From: a virus
Taxonomy: Duplodnaviria > Caudoviricetes
Reading direction: 5' to 3' (one strand)
IMG/VR virus record: IMGVR_UViG_3300017774_002371
Coordinates: 1-59,957 of that record
Length of the DNA: 59,957 nucleotides
Shown: positions 1 through 7,886 of the stretch, in pieces
How positions within the stretch are numbered: the stretch's first letter is position 1
Layout: each line of letters begins with the position of its first letter
Made by a program: the position numbers and the translations under genes
Notes under the pieces: model-generated
What the model saw: only the letters and a program-made list of their open reading frames with translations
What the model was told of the DNA's origin: nothing
Databases searched by the model: none

Positions 1-186
1 ATCACTTAAATCTATAAATTTAGAACTTACTGGTTCAAATGCCTTGACAGGGTTGAGTGATATTTTATTGGTGATGTATGTGTCGCTGTTTCCGTCTGCT
101 CCATATATCGTTACCCTCACGGTGGGTGTTACATCGTGAGTTAACCGCGAACTAGAGTAATTATTGCGATAACTAGAGTGAAGCAT
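1..186 (-). CDS. Hypothetical protein, N-terminal part; runs off the window edge
   Basis: Read manually: ATG at 186 preceded by AGGAG, directly after the stop of 197..1933. The frame is open to position 1 (MLHSSYRNNYSSSRLTHDVTPTVRVTIYG...). Confidence 0.65.
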   Translation of the reverse strand, partial: MLHSSYRNNYSSSRLTHDVTPTVRVTIYGADGNSDTYITNKISLNPVKAFEPVSSKFIDLSD

Positions 187-196
187 AATGCTCCTA

Positions 197-1933
197 TTAC
201 GAAGCGTAGAACGAGAAGGTGATTCCTGTTCCTGTGTTGTGTGGAGCAAAACTTAATGAGTACGGTGGATAGAACACTTTAATCTTATTGATGTTGTCTA
301 CTTCGAGGAATAGTTCATCTCCGTGATACAGTACATACGATGCGGTTCCTGCGGTGGATCCGTACATGATAGCATCGGCTTCTGATATTACACACATGAA
401 TTCGTTCTGAGATGCGTTGGCTCCTGTGGCAATGCGTGAAACCTTTAGACGAACTCCTGTGCTGCAAGTGTATCCTGCGGCAGAGTTGTATTCGGTTAGG
501 TTCTTTGGCGCATATCCTGCAACATTTGTACGAGCCATGAACGACGGCTGTGTTGCGTAAGAATCAATTGCCACACTAACCGAACCGCTTGATACAGTAT
601 TTGCAAGAGTCTGCAACTGTGTGTTTACAGCATTCTTGACCAGTGAATAAATTGAGAGTGAATCAGTAAAGTCTAAAGCACCAACACTAACTGTTGGATC
701 GTAGAGAGCCTTCTTTGCAGCAATCAAGAAGTCTGTGTTGGTCTTGACTTGAGCAATGGTGGCATTCACTGTGGATGTTGGTGTGTCAAGATTAGCCAAC
801 TCAATTGGCATAAATCCACCCGAATATCCCTTGACGATTACTGGTCCGTTGGCAGTGTCTCCTGCAACCCACACGCCGTATTGAGCCTGATTGGATCCCT
901 GAACAGGCAGCGATGCGCTGTATGCTGCTGTTACGCCCACGATGGACGAGAATGTGGCACTTGCGCTCACCGTGAAGGTGATGCCGCTGTTTACGAGACT
1001 CACATTGATTGCTGCTCCACACCATCCTGCGCCAGTGGTTGCTCCCACTTGTGCAAGTGATCCGTTAGGCAATAGACCCGTTACATAAGTCGGAACAGTC
1101 TTGAGTGGAGAGGCAGCGTTGTCCAATGCTCCCTGACCGACCACCGTGACAGAATCGGTTGAGGACGACAGGTCGCGGATGTCTAAGTTTGTTGCAGCAA
1201 CAGTGACTCCACTCGTTATCGTAGAGATGTTTACATTCAGGGCGTTGCCCGTGGTGTGAATTGGTACGGTGTTTGCACCCGCACTCTCAAATCCAAACAG
1301 ACCAACGGACACAGAGGAAGCCGTTCCGCCACCGAACACCACGATGCTGTCGCTGTTGGCTGTGAGTCCGCGAATATTCACGGTTCCGAAAGTGACACCG
1401 ACAGCCGTTGCACCGCTTACACCAAACACTCCAAGATTAGAGAACGAGGACACGGTGACAGGCAGGGAACCGCTGGTGGTGATTCCTACAGGGAACCCGC
1501 CGCTCAAGCCCTGAACAGCCACATAGTCTATGGAAGCAGTCAATCCAAGAGTGGAGCCAATCATACCGCCGTACAGGTTTCGGATATCAAGATCGGTGCT
1601 TGCAACCGCCAGAGTGCCAACGGTAATGCCTACTGCCTGACCGCCAGAAACACCCACCACAGTGAGAGATGTGCCTGTGATGCCGACAATCGTGGCGGCA
1701 AGGCTGTAGTAGCCAGATGAAGCCAAATATTCGTAACGAGTCCACGAACCGCACAAGCCAACTGGAAGCGGTGTGCTGTTGCTGACATAGTTTGCGGTAT
1801 TGTCTGCACCGTAGGCAACCTTCATCAACTGAAAGTGAGCAGTTTCACCACCAGTGGGCTTGACAAAATCGCTGGCTATGGTATAAGTAGTGCCACTGGT
1901 AACAATCTGAAAGTTGTCGCTGGTTGCTCCCAT
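197..1933 (-). CDS. Putative virion structural or fibre protein, rich in Gly/Thr/Ser/Val, with internal repeats
   Basis: 578-aa ORF with GGAG SD. It has three [LV][DN]IR.L...D.[VI].V.G-type repeats and many G-x-T/S/C motifs shared with the other structural genes. Confidence 0.6.
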   Translation of the reverse strand: MGATSDNFQIVTSGTTYTIASDFVKPTGGETAHFQLMKVAYGADNTANYVSNSTPLPVGLCGSWTRYEYLASSGYYSLAATIVGITGTSLTVVGVSGGQAVGITVGTLAVASTDLDIRNLYGGMIGSTLGLTASIDYVAVQGLSGGFPVGITTSGSLPVTVSSFSNLGVFGVSGATAVGVTFGTVNIRGLTANSDSIVVFGGGTASSVSVGLFGFESAGANTVPIHTTGNALNVNISTITSGVTVAATNLDIRDLSSSTDSVTVVGQGALDNAASPLKTVPTYVTGLLPNGSLAQVGATTGAGWCGAAINVSLVNSGITFTVSASATFSSIVGVTAAYSASLPVQGSNQAQYGVWVAGDTANGPVIVKGYSGGFMPIELANLDTPTSTVNATIAQVKTNTDFLIAAKKALYDPTVSVGALDFTDSLSIYSLVKNAVNTQLQTLANTVSSGSVSVAIDSYATQPSFMARTNVAGYAPKNLTEYNSAAGYTCSTGVRLKVSRIATGANASQNEFMCVISEADAIMYGSTAGTASYVLYHGDELFLEVDNINKIKVFYPPYSLSFAPHNTGTGITFSFYAS

Positions 1934-1973
1934 TTGATTCTCCGCTGTGCAGGGTCTTGGGCTGATCCGTTTC

Positions 1974-1979
1974 TAAATA
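1974..1979 (+). promoter_or_regulatory. Candidate late (gp55-type) promoter TAAATA upstream of gp33
   Basis: Matches the core of the T4 late consensus TATAAATA and is intergenic. Confidence 0.5.
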
Positions 1980-1989
1980 GAGTACTACC

Positions 1990-1995
1990 TATGTA
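1990..1995 (-). promoter_or_regulatory. Candidate late promoter variant TACATA for the leftward structural genes
   Basis: TACATA on the minus strand, ~56 nt upstream of the ATG at 1933. The same variant recurs before gp32, gp4, gp8, gp18 and gp3. Confidence 0.4.
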
Positions 1996-2017
1996 TATTT
2001 CCGAAAGTAAGGCTGAC

Positions 2018-2233
2018 ATGGACATCAACAATCTACGATTCCCCCGTGAAGTAGAGAATCATGTAAAGAAGTACGAAGTTTCGTATATTGACGCTGTGCT
2101 GGCAGTGTGCGAACGCTACGGCATAGAGCCACAGGTGGCTGCAAAGTTTCTCAGCAAGCCCATCATTGAAAAAATCAAGGCTGAAGGGCAGGAACTTAAT
2201 CTGCTCCCGAAGAAAACGCGACTTCCTGTTTGA
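2018..2233 (+). CDS. gp33: Late-transcription coactivator (gp33-like)
   Basis: MDINNLRFPREVE...SYIDAVLAVCERYGIEPQVAAKFLSKPIIEKIKAEGQELNLLPK fits the gp33 family, and the gene is adjacent to gp32. Start moved from 1835 to the ATG at 2018. Confidence 0.85.
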   Translation: MDINNLRFPREVENHVKKYEVSYIDAVLAVCERYGIEPQVAAKFLSKPIIEKIKAEGQELNLLPKKTRLPV

Positions 2234-2257
2234 CACGCAGCAGACTTCTGCTATACT
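2230..2257 (+). promoter_or_regulatory. Sigma70-type promoter for gp32
   Basis: TTGACA (2230-2235), 16-nt spacer, then TATACT (2252-2257) with a TGn extended -10. Confidence 0.7.
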
Positions 2258-2336
2258 GTCTACATAGTCGTGACTGAACTGTTTGTCACACACATTTTAT
2301 ACACCGTACATACCGTACACAACAAGGAGACACGCA

Positions 2337-3278
2337 ATGGGATTCAAAGACCTTAAGACCGCTTCCAAGAACTCGTATCAGACTCTCGCATCCGAAATGG
2401 ACAAGATGGCGAAGAAGTCCGAGTCTTACAAGGATGACCGCTTTTGGAAGGCGGAAACAGACAAGACAGGCAATGGCTACGCGGAGATTCGCTTCCTGCC
2501 CGCACCCGATGGCGAGGATCTGCCGTGGGCGCGTGTGTGGAGCCACGGTTTCCGTGGACCAGGTGGTTGGTACATTGAGAACTCGCTCACCACGATTGGG
2601 CTGAAGGATCCCGTGTCCGAGATGAACAACCTCCTGTGGGAGAGCGGTTCCGACAAGGACAAGGCGATTGCCCGTGATCGCAAGCGGCGGCTGTCGTACA
2701 TTAGCAATGTGCTTGTAGTCAGTGACCCCAAGCACCCCGAGAACGAGGGCAAGGTGTTCCTGTTCAAGTACGGCAAGAAGATTTTTGAGAAGATTCAGGG
2801 TGCGATGAACCCCGAGTTCCAAGACGAGAAGCCGATGAACCCCTTTGACTTTTGGGGTGGAGCAAACTTCAAGTTGAAGATCCGTCAGGTGGATGGCTAC
2901 GCAAACTTTGACAAGAGCGAGTTTGCTGCTCCGTCAGCCCTGCTTGGTGGTGATGACTCTGCGCTTGAGAAGATGTGGAAGACGCAGCACTCCCTGAAGG
3001 AGTTCACCGATCCGAAGAACTTCAAGTCCTATGACGAACTGAAGGCTCGTCTTGAACAGGTGCTTGGTGGCAACATCCGCGCAACTGCATCGGACGCGGT
3101 TGCGAAGGGTGGCGCGGAGAAGGCTGCGTTTGATGACGAGGACGCTGCTCCTGTGCGTAAGCCATCCACTCCTCCACCCGCAAAGAAGCCCGCTCCCGTG
3201 AAGGAAGCCGTCAAGACCGATGACGATGACACGGAAGACGCTCTGTCATACTTTGAGAAGTTGGCAAGCGAAGACTAA
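2337..3278 (+). CDS. gp32: Single-stranded DNA-binding protein
   Basis: Motifs DDRFWK...GNGYAEIRFLPAP, HGFRGPGGWYIENSLTT, GKVFLFKYGKKIF and FDFWGGANFKLKI, with an acidic tail (DALSYFEKLASED). AAGGAGA SD precedes the ATG at 2337. Confidence 0.97.
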   Translation: MGFKDLKTASKNSYQTLASEMDKMAKKSESYKDDRFWKAETDKTGNGYAEIRFLPAPDGEDLPWARVWSHGFRGPGGWYIENSLTTIGLKDPVSEMNNLLWESGSDKDKAIARDRKRRLSYISNVLVVSDPKHPENEGKVFLFKYGKKIFEKIQGAMNPEFQDEKPMNPFDFWGGANFKLKIRQVDGYANFDKSEFAAPSALLGGDDSALEKMWKTQHSLKEFTDPKNFKSYDELKARLEQVLGGNIRATASDAVAKGGAEKAAFDDEDAAPVRKPSTPPPAKKPAPVKEAVKTDDDDTEDALSYFEKLASED

Positions 3279-3301
3279 ATCCCCTTCGGTTTCGCAGAGA
3301 G

Positions 3302-3330
3302 AGGCGCACGAAAGTGCGCCTTTTTCTTTT
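3302..3330 (+). terminator. Rho-independent terminator between the convergent gp32 and tape-measure genes
   Basis: AGGCGCAC-GAAA-GTGCGCCT followed by TTTTCTTTT. Confidence 0.85.
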
Positions 3331-5146
3331 ACATTTGAACCGTTCTGAACTGCATGGTCTTCAGCGTGGGTTCGTTGTTGCGAATCTTCAGGTCATCGTT
3401 GAAGTTGTTTGTGATATTGCTCACGCGAGTGTTAACTGCGGAGTTGTTCACCGTGGGTGCTGCGGTCGCTGTCCCCGCCGCTGCCTCTGCCTTTGCAGCA
3501 CCGAGTGCGCTTTGCTCTGCGGAATACTGCGACACCATCTTGCCTACCGTGGTGTTGGGTGATGCGGGAGCGGTGATCTTTGCAGCCTCTTCTGCTGCCT
3601 TGGTGTCTCCCACCGAGATAAGTGAACCAACACCAGGAATGGATTCAACCAAGTCATATATTCCCTTTGGTCCAATCGCTTCGGCAATGGAGTTTGCGAC
3701 AAGTTCTCCAAGATATGCGCCGCCGATGCTTCCTGCAATCGTGCCTAGTGGTCCGAGCGCGGTGCCGAGCGCACCTCCACCGATTCCACCAAGTGCGGAT
3801 CCAAGAGTTCCGACAAGGGTTTTTCCGATCTGTTCCTTTTTCTGATCAGCAGACAGATTCGGATCATTCTTTATTGATCCGATGTCAAACGCACCCATAG
3901 CGGCGGTGATGAGCGCACCCAAGCCAGGCAGACCCACAATAGCCTTTCCGATCTTTCCTGCGCTGGACTTGATTCCGCTAGACAAGGATTTTACGGGATT
4001 AAGGCTTCCAACAATATCCTTGGCTTTGCCGAACATATTACCGAAGAATCCACCTGCCTTTGATGCTGCACTGCCAACGGCTTTGCCTACACCCGTGTTT
4101 GCAATCGCGGATCCTGCTTTTGCAGCAAACCCTCCGACTGCCTTCACACCCGAAGAGATGAGTCTTCCTGTTCCACGCACGGCAGAACCAGCAAGCCGCG
4201 CTGCGCCTCCTGCCATTGACATTACGCGCTTGCCCACAGATGATCCGAGCATGGTGGAAATGGTGCTTCCCAAGAAGTCCTTTACGGTTCCGAGAATGGA
4301 CGACAGTATTCCGCCCTTCTTCTCTCCGTCTTTTCCACCTATAGCCTTCTTGACTATTCCTGCACCCTTGCCCTCAAGTTCTGCCTCACGAGCCTTCAGT
4401 TCCGAAGAATCGCTTTCTGGCGAGAACCTGCTCTCCAGCATCGTGCGGATCTTGGTGATTTCTTTGTATATTCCTGCGAGCGTGGCTGTGGTGTTTTTTC
4501 CTCCACCCATGCCAATACCAGGAATGTTTGAGGCTGCGGTGCCACCAAGATCAGCGAATCCGTCCCGTTTTCCTTTTCCGCGCATGAGATCGCGGCTGTA
4601 CCGTTGCAGTTCCTCTTCAGATTCTCTCCGTTGACGGAGGAATCCACCGACAACGCCTCCCACCACAGGAATCCGTGAAGCGATTCTTTCGGGAAGAGTT
4701 TTTCTGAACTCCTCTGCTTTTTCTTTCAAGAATCCTCGGAAGGAAGCCTTGCGCTTTAGTTCGTCCTGTATGGGTGAAATCACGGAATCAAGTTTGGCGG
4801 ACAGTACTGCCTGATCGCCCTTGGCTTTCTTGGCAAGTTCACGGATCACTTTTATTTTTGCAAGGATCTTCTGCGCTTCCTTGCTGTCTGCTGTTGCCAC
4901 ATCACCTGCCAGCCTCTGTGCTTCAAGGACGAGAGCAAGTGCGCCTTTGTCCACATCTCCCTGCGGAAGACCTATTGGCTCGGCTATGGCGGCTTCTAAT
5001 TGTGGGGGTTCTGGTGTAGCCTCTGATGCGGGAGTCACTGCCTGTGGGCGAAACTGTGGCTTCAGCGTACCAAAGCGACCGCCGATCCGCTCTTGGCGGG
5101 TAGACATCATTCTTCGGTATTCTGTATCGGTGACCTTTTTAGCCAT
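3329..5146 (-). CDS. Tape-measure / baseplate hub protein (gp29-like)
   Basis: 605 aa, helical and Ala/Gly/Lys-rich, with glycine-zipper hydrophobic segments. It lies directly downstream of the gp26/gp51-like pair and is close in size to T4 gp29. Confidence 0.65.
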   Translation of the reverse strand: MAKKVTDTEYRRMMSTRQERIGGRFGTLKPQFRPQAVTPASEATPEPPQLEAAIAEPIGLPQGDVDKGALALVLEAQRLAGDVATADSKEAQKILAKIKVIRELAKKAKGDQAVLSAKLDSVISPIQDELKRKASFRGFLKEKAEEFRKTLPERIASRIPVVGGVVGGFLRQRRESEEELQRYSRDLMRGKGKRDGFADLGGTAASNIPGIGMGGGKNTTATLAGIYKEITKIRTMLESRFSPESDSSELKAREAELEGKGAGIVKKAIGGKDGEKKGGILSSILGTVKDFLGSTISTMLGSSVGKRVMSMAGGAARLAGSAVRGTGRLISSGVKAVGGFAAKAGSAIANTGVGKAVGSAASKAGGFFGNMFGKAKDIVGSLNPVKSLSSGIKSSAGKIGKAIVGLPGLGALITAAMGAFDIGSIKNDPNLSADQKKEQIGKTLVGTLGSALGGIGGGALGTALGPLGTIAGSIGGAYLGELVANSIAEAIGPKGIYDLVESIPGVGSLISVGDTKAAEEAAKITAPASPNTTVGKMVSQYSAEQSALGAAKAEAAAGTATAAPTVNNSAVNTRVSNITNNFNDDLKIRNNEPTLKTMQFRTVQM

Positions 5147-5175
5147 TTCTCCCCCGTAGGCTCATCTTGAATAGG

Positions 5176-5370
5176 TCACAGTTGTCGTTTTCCGCTGACT
5201 TGCTCTCGTTCTTTTTTCAGATGAGCAATCAGCATTTGTATGTATACCTCTCGTTCCCAAGGCATCATCCCCTCTACTTCGGCAAGGGAGTATCCGTGGT
5301 GCTGCATGAGGTTGAAGTTTAGTTGGTAGAATGCCCCCAAGTCATTGTGACAGAGGGCTATTGAAAAAAA
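5176..5370 (-). CDS. gp51-like small hub-assembly ORF, probably expressed as a -1 frameshift extension of gp26
   Basis: Not in the ORF track. Read manually: FFSIALCHNDLGAFYQLNFNLMQHHGYSLAEVEGMMPWEREVYIQMLIAHLKKEREQVSGKRQL*. The LMQHH.YSL.E.E.M.PWER.VY motif is typical of the small ORF that follows gp26 in T4-like phages. Confidence 0.8.
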   Translation of the reverse strand, partial: FFSIALCHNDLGAFYQLNFNLMQHHGYSLAEVEGMMPWEREVYIQMLIAHLKKEREQVSGKRQL

Positions 5371-6074
5371 TCAGACACGCTCTTCAGTTCCGCTTTCGCG
5401 GGTGTCTTGCAGTGCGGACAGGTGTACTTGAACTCGTAGTGCAGTTCGGGTACAGATTGCAAGTAGTCCATGATCTTGGCAAACTGATCAGGCAGCATAT
5501 TGTCCACGAAGTTTGACAGTTCCTGCGGATTGATGTCTTTTGTTTCGTGAACCTGATCATTCAGTACCACGGACTCAATGCACTTCTTTGCGAGATCAAA
5601 AGCAATCTCCACCTCGTTTTCATCGTGATTGATGTCGTGTATGGACGGATACTGCAGCACAAGTGACAGATTGTCGGTGATCACCACCGTGCCGTCCACT
5701 GCTGGCTTTTCTCGTTGCTTGATGGTGACTTCATCAAGGCGGATCTTGATTGAGGTGTCCTTGCCGCACTTTGCACACACCACTTGCGGCTTTACCTCTT
5801 CGCCCACTGACTTTGATCGTATTTGCAGAAAGGCGTACTCTGCGTCAGCCACGCACAGTCTGCGGGTGTCTGTGGAGTTGTTCGTGCAGGCTAGGATCAC
5901 ATTCCGCATGGCATCGTTTATCTGATTCACGCTTTTTGATTGCAGCGCAACCAGCAGAACCTTTTCTTCCTTTACCACGAAAGGTCGGAACTTCGTGGTG
6001 ATGCCAGATACGGGAAGCGTCATCGTGTACTGCGGCAGAGCCGCATTCGTCAGATTCAGTGTGTTCATATTCAT
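5358..6074 (-). CDS. gp26: Baseplate hub assembly protein / chaperone
   Basis: LPQYTMTLPVSG...FRPFVVKEEKVLL, FLQIRSKSVGE, two CxxC motifs (CAKC, CPHC), and the C-terminus SDFFQ*. Confidence 0.85.
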   Translation of the reverse strand: MNMNTLNLTNAALPQYTMTLPVSGITTKFRPFVVKEEKVLLVALQSKSVNQINDAMRNVILACTNNSTDTRRLCVADAEYAFLQIRSKSVGEEVKPQVVCAKCGKDTSIKIRLDEVTIKQREKPAVDGTVVITDNLSLVLQYPSIHDINHDENEVEIAFDLAKKCIESVVLNDQVHETKDINPQELSNFVDNMLPDQFAKIMDYLQSVPELHYEFKYTCPHCKTPAKAELKSVSDFFQ

Positions 6075-6097
6075 CCTTTAGTCAACAGAGTCAAATG

Positions 6098-6103
6098 TAT
6101 TTA
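6098..6103 (-). promoter_or_regulatory. Candidate late promoter TAAATA upstream of gp26
   Basis: Intergenic CTAAATA on the minus strand. Confidence 0.55.
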
Positions 6104-6107
6104 GTCT

Positions 6108-6821
6108 TCAGCGGGGGGTGTTCATTATGGACTGTATTTTTTGAGGATCGTAGAATCCATTCACGGTTCCATCGTAACCCATCCGATTGATCTGTCCGCC
6201 GTTCGTTGTCAGGAACTGCTGTGGAGCGGGTGGTCCGACAAACTCCTCTGCTACCACCGCAGCAGGACGAGCCAATCCAATGTATTCGGGTGTATATTTT
6301 CTGAAAGCAAGAGTGATATCCTGCTTCAGGAAATCGTTGTCCTTGTCGTATGCCACTTGCAGATCACCGATAGCCTTTGGATACACTTCTTCCACATAGA
6401 AGCGGTGAGCGGGGTCATCTGCTCTCGTCATCACGGCTATTTCCAAGTTCGTCACATAGTCATCGTAATATCCGAACTTGTAGTTGGAGCGGCTGCACAC
6501 AAGATCCATCCAGTCCTCAAAGAACTTGCGCTCACGCAGATCGGCAGACAGTATCACGGATAGGGTCATCTCTCCTGCGTAGATTGGTTCATACGGCATA
6601 TTCCGCGCAGGACCGTAGAAGCGATACGGCGTGGTTGACAGCGAGCGACCAGGTATGGTAATAGAGTCGCACCGCACCATCAGATTCCTGATGAACTGAA
6701 TGTTCGTGGTGCCGAAGCCTGCTGGCGTGTTAATCATCACCTCGTAGCGGTTGCTGAAAGCCAATCCGCTTTGAGTGATGCTGTTTATCAGTTCGTTGAT
6801 GTTTGACGGAACGAATGCCAT
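6108..6821 (-). CDS. Tail-tube-like baseplate protein (gp54-like tube initiator)
   Basis: GLAFSNRYEV, CDSITIPGRSL, ERKFFEDW and VYPKAIGDL indicate the gp19/gp54 tube fold. The main gp19 lies at 48312. Confidence 0.75.
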   Translation of the reverse strand: MAFVPSNINELINSITQSGLAFSNRYEVMINTPAGFGTTNIQFIRNLMVRCDSITIPGRSLSTTPYRFYGPARNMPYEPIYAGEMTLSVILSADLRERKFFEDWMDLVCSRSNYKFGYYDDYVTNLEIAVMTRADDPAHRFYVEEVYPKAIGDLQVAYDKDNDFLKQDITLAFRKYTPEYIGLARPAAVVAEEFVGPPAPQQFLTTNGGQINRMGYDGTVNGFYDPQKIQSIMNTPR

Positions 6822-7412
6822 TTATCTGCCTCCTCGCAATACTTGGCTTCTGCTGTCTCGGTAAACCGTTACTGGTTTTGCCCCGCTGAATCGTGAAGTG
6901 TTGGATGCCACCATATCTTCCCACAGATTGAACGGAACCACTGCGGGTCGCCGTCTCATGCCTTTCCACAGATAGCGTCTGTAGCACGGCTTGAAGTACT
7001 TGAACTGTCTTCGCGCATTCAAACGGTCGTAGTCTACACGCAGACGAGTTCGCCACTCTTCGTTTGCTTTTATTGTCGGTAGACCTCGCATCACCGAGTC
7101 AAACAAGAACTTTCTAAAATCTGGTGCGATGAAGTGCAGATTCACTCCCTCAAATCCCCCTCTGTACACATCCGTTATCAACACCAAAGGGAATGTATCG
7201 TAATATGTATTTCGTGAAACAAAAGAATCGCTGACTGGTTTGTATTTGAAGAAAACCATCTGCCCGTCAAACAAGCGGTTCGGTATGGACAGTTGACCGC
7301 TGTTTTGCAGCATCTTTACAAACTGAATGTATGTCTGATCCGTGGCACCAAGCACAGAGGTGGTTTCTTCTAGTAGTGCCTGCAAGTCAGCCTTCATCTC
7401 GTCTTCTGTCAT
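6822..7412 (-). CDS. gp2: DNA end-protector protein
   Basis: GQMVFFKY, YYDTFPLV, GFEGVNLHFI and KYFKPCYRRYL. Start placed at 7412, giving an ATGA overlap with the gp4 stop. Confidence 0.85.
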   Translation of the reverse strand: MTEDEMKADLQALLEETTSVLGATDQTYIQFVKMLQNSGQLSIPNRLFDGQMVFFKYKPVSDSFVSRNTYYDTFPLVLITDVYRGGFEGVNLHFIAPDFRKFLFDSVMRGLPTIKANEEWRTRLRVDYDRLNARRQFKYFKPCYRRYLWKGMRRRPAVVPFNLWEDMVASNTSRFSGAKPVTVYRDSRSQVLRGGR

Positions 7413-7849
7413 TGGGGTTTCCTGAAGAGGTCGTCTTCGGTCAATATTTTGAACTCCCACCCTTTGGCTTCTGATACCCGTCTAGCCGCGTCCCATTTAG
7501 CCTTGTTGGTGATCCATGTCTGCACTTCCGTGATGTAGCCTCTGGTAATTCGCTTGCGCTTCTCGGGTTCGCGGCACTGCTTCTTGGGCTTGATCTCCAC
7601 CAACCATGTCTTGATGCCTTCGGCGGTGCGTATCTCCACCAAGAAATCAACAAAATACCTATGGGGCTTCTTGTCTAGCGGATTCATGTATGGAATCACC
7701 ACTTCTTCGGATGCCCATCGCAGCACATTTGCACTGCTGTCGCAGAACTTCATAAACTTCCTCTCCCACATACTACGGTAGACGATCTTCGTGGGATCGC
7801 CAATGTATTTGGAAGGGTTGTCTGGCTGAAATTTGCCTTTGTATGCCAT
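7409..7849 (-). CDS. gp4: Head completion protein (nuclease fold)
   Basis: MAYKGKFQPDNPSKYIGDPTKIVYRSMWERKFM...WASEE...HRYFVDF...LVEIKPKKQ...NKAKW is the canonical gp4 pattern. Confidence 0.93.
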   Translation of the reverse strand: MAYKGKFQPDNPSKYIGDPTKIVYRSMWERKFMKFCDSSANVLRWASEEVVIPYMNPLDKKPHRYFVDFLVEIRTAEGIKTWLVEIKPKKQCREPEKRKRITRGYITEVQTWITNKAKWDAARRVSEAKGWEFKILTEDDLFRKPQ

Positions 7850-7862
7850 ACATAAATATGTA
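7849..7862. promoter_or_regulatory. Overlapping divergent late-promoter cores between gp4 and gp48
   Basis: Plus strand has TACATA (7849-7854) and TAAATA (7853-7858); minus strand has TACATA (7862-7857). Confidence 0.55.
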
Positions 7863-7886
7863 GCCGATTTTCAAAAGGAACTGCCC

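Noticed and set aside
44-70. TTGACA with a downstream AT-rich stretch as a promoter
   Set aside because: It lies inside a minus-strand CDS, points antisense and has a poor -10 match.
1835-2017. Upstream extensions of ORF-track calls (gp33, also gp32, gp2, gp48, 14891, gp17, 50785 and 55623)
   Set aside because: Downstream ATGs have better SD sequences or stop-start coupling and match the family N-termini.
7409-7849. TnsA-like nuclease suggesting a transposon
   Set aside because: Sequence and position next to gp2 identify it as phage gp4. No transposase partners or terminal repeats are present.
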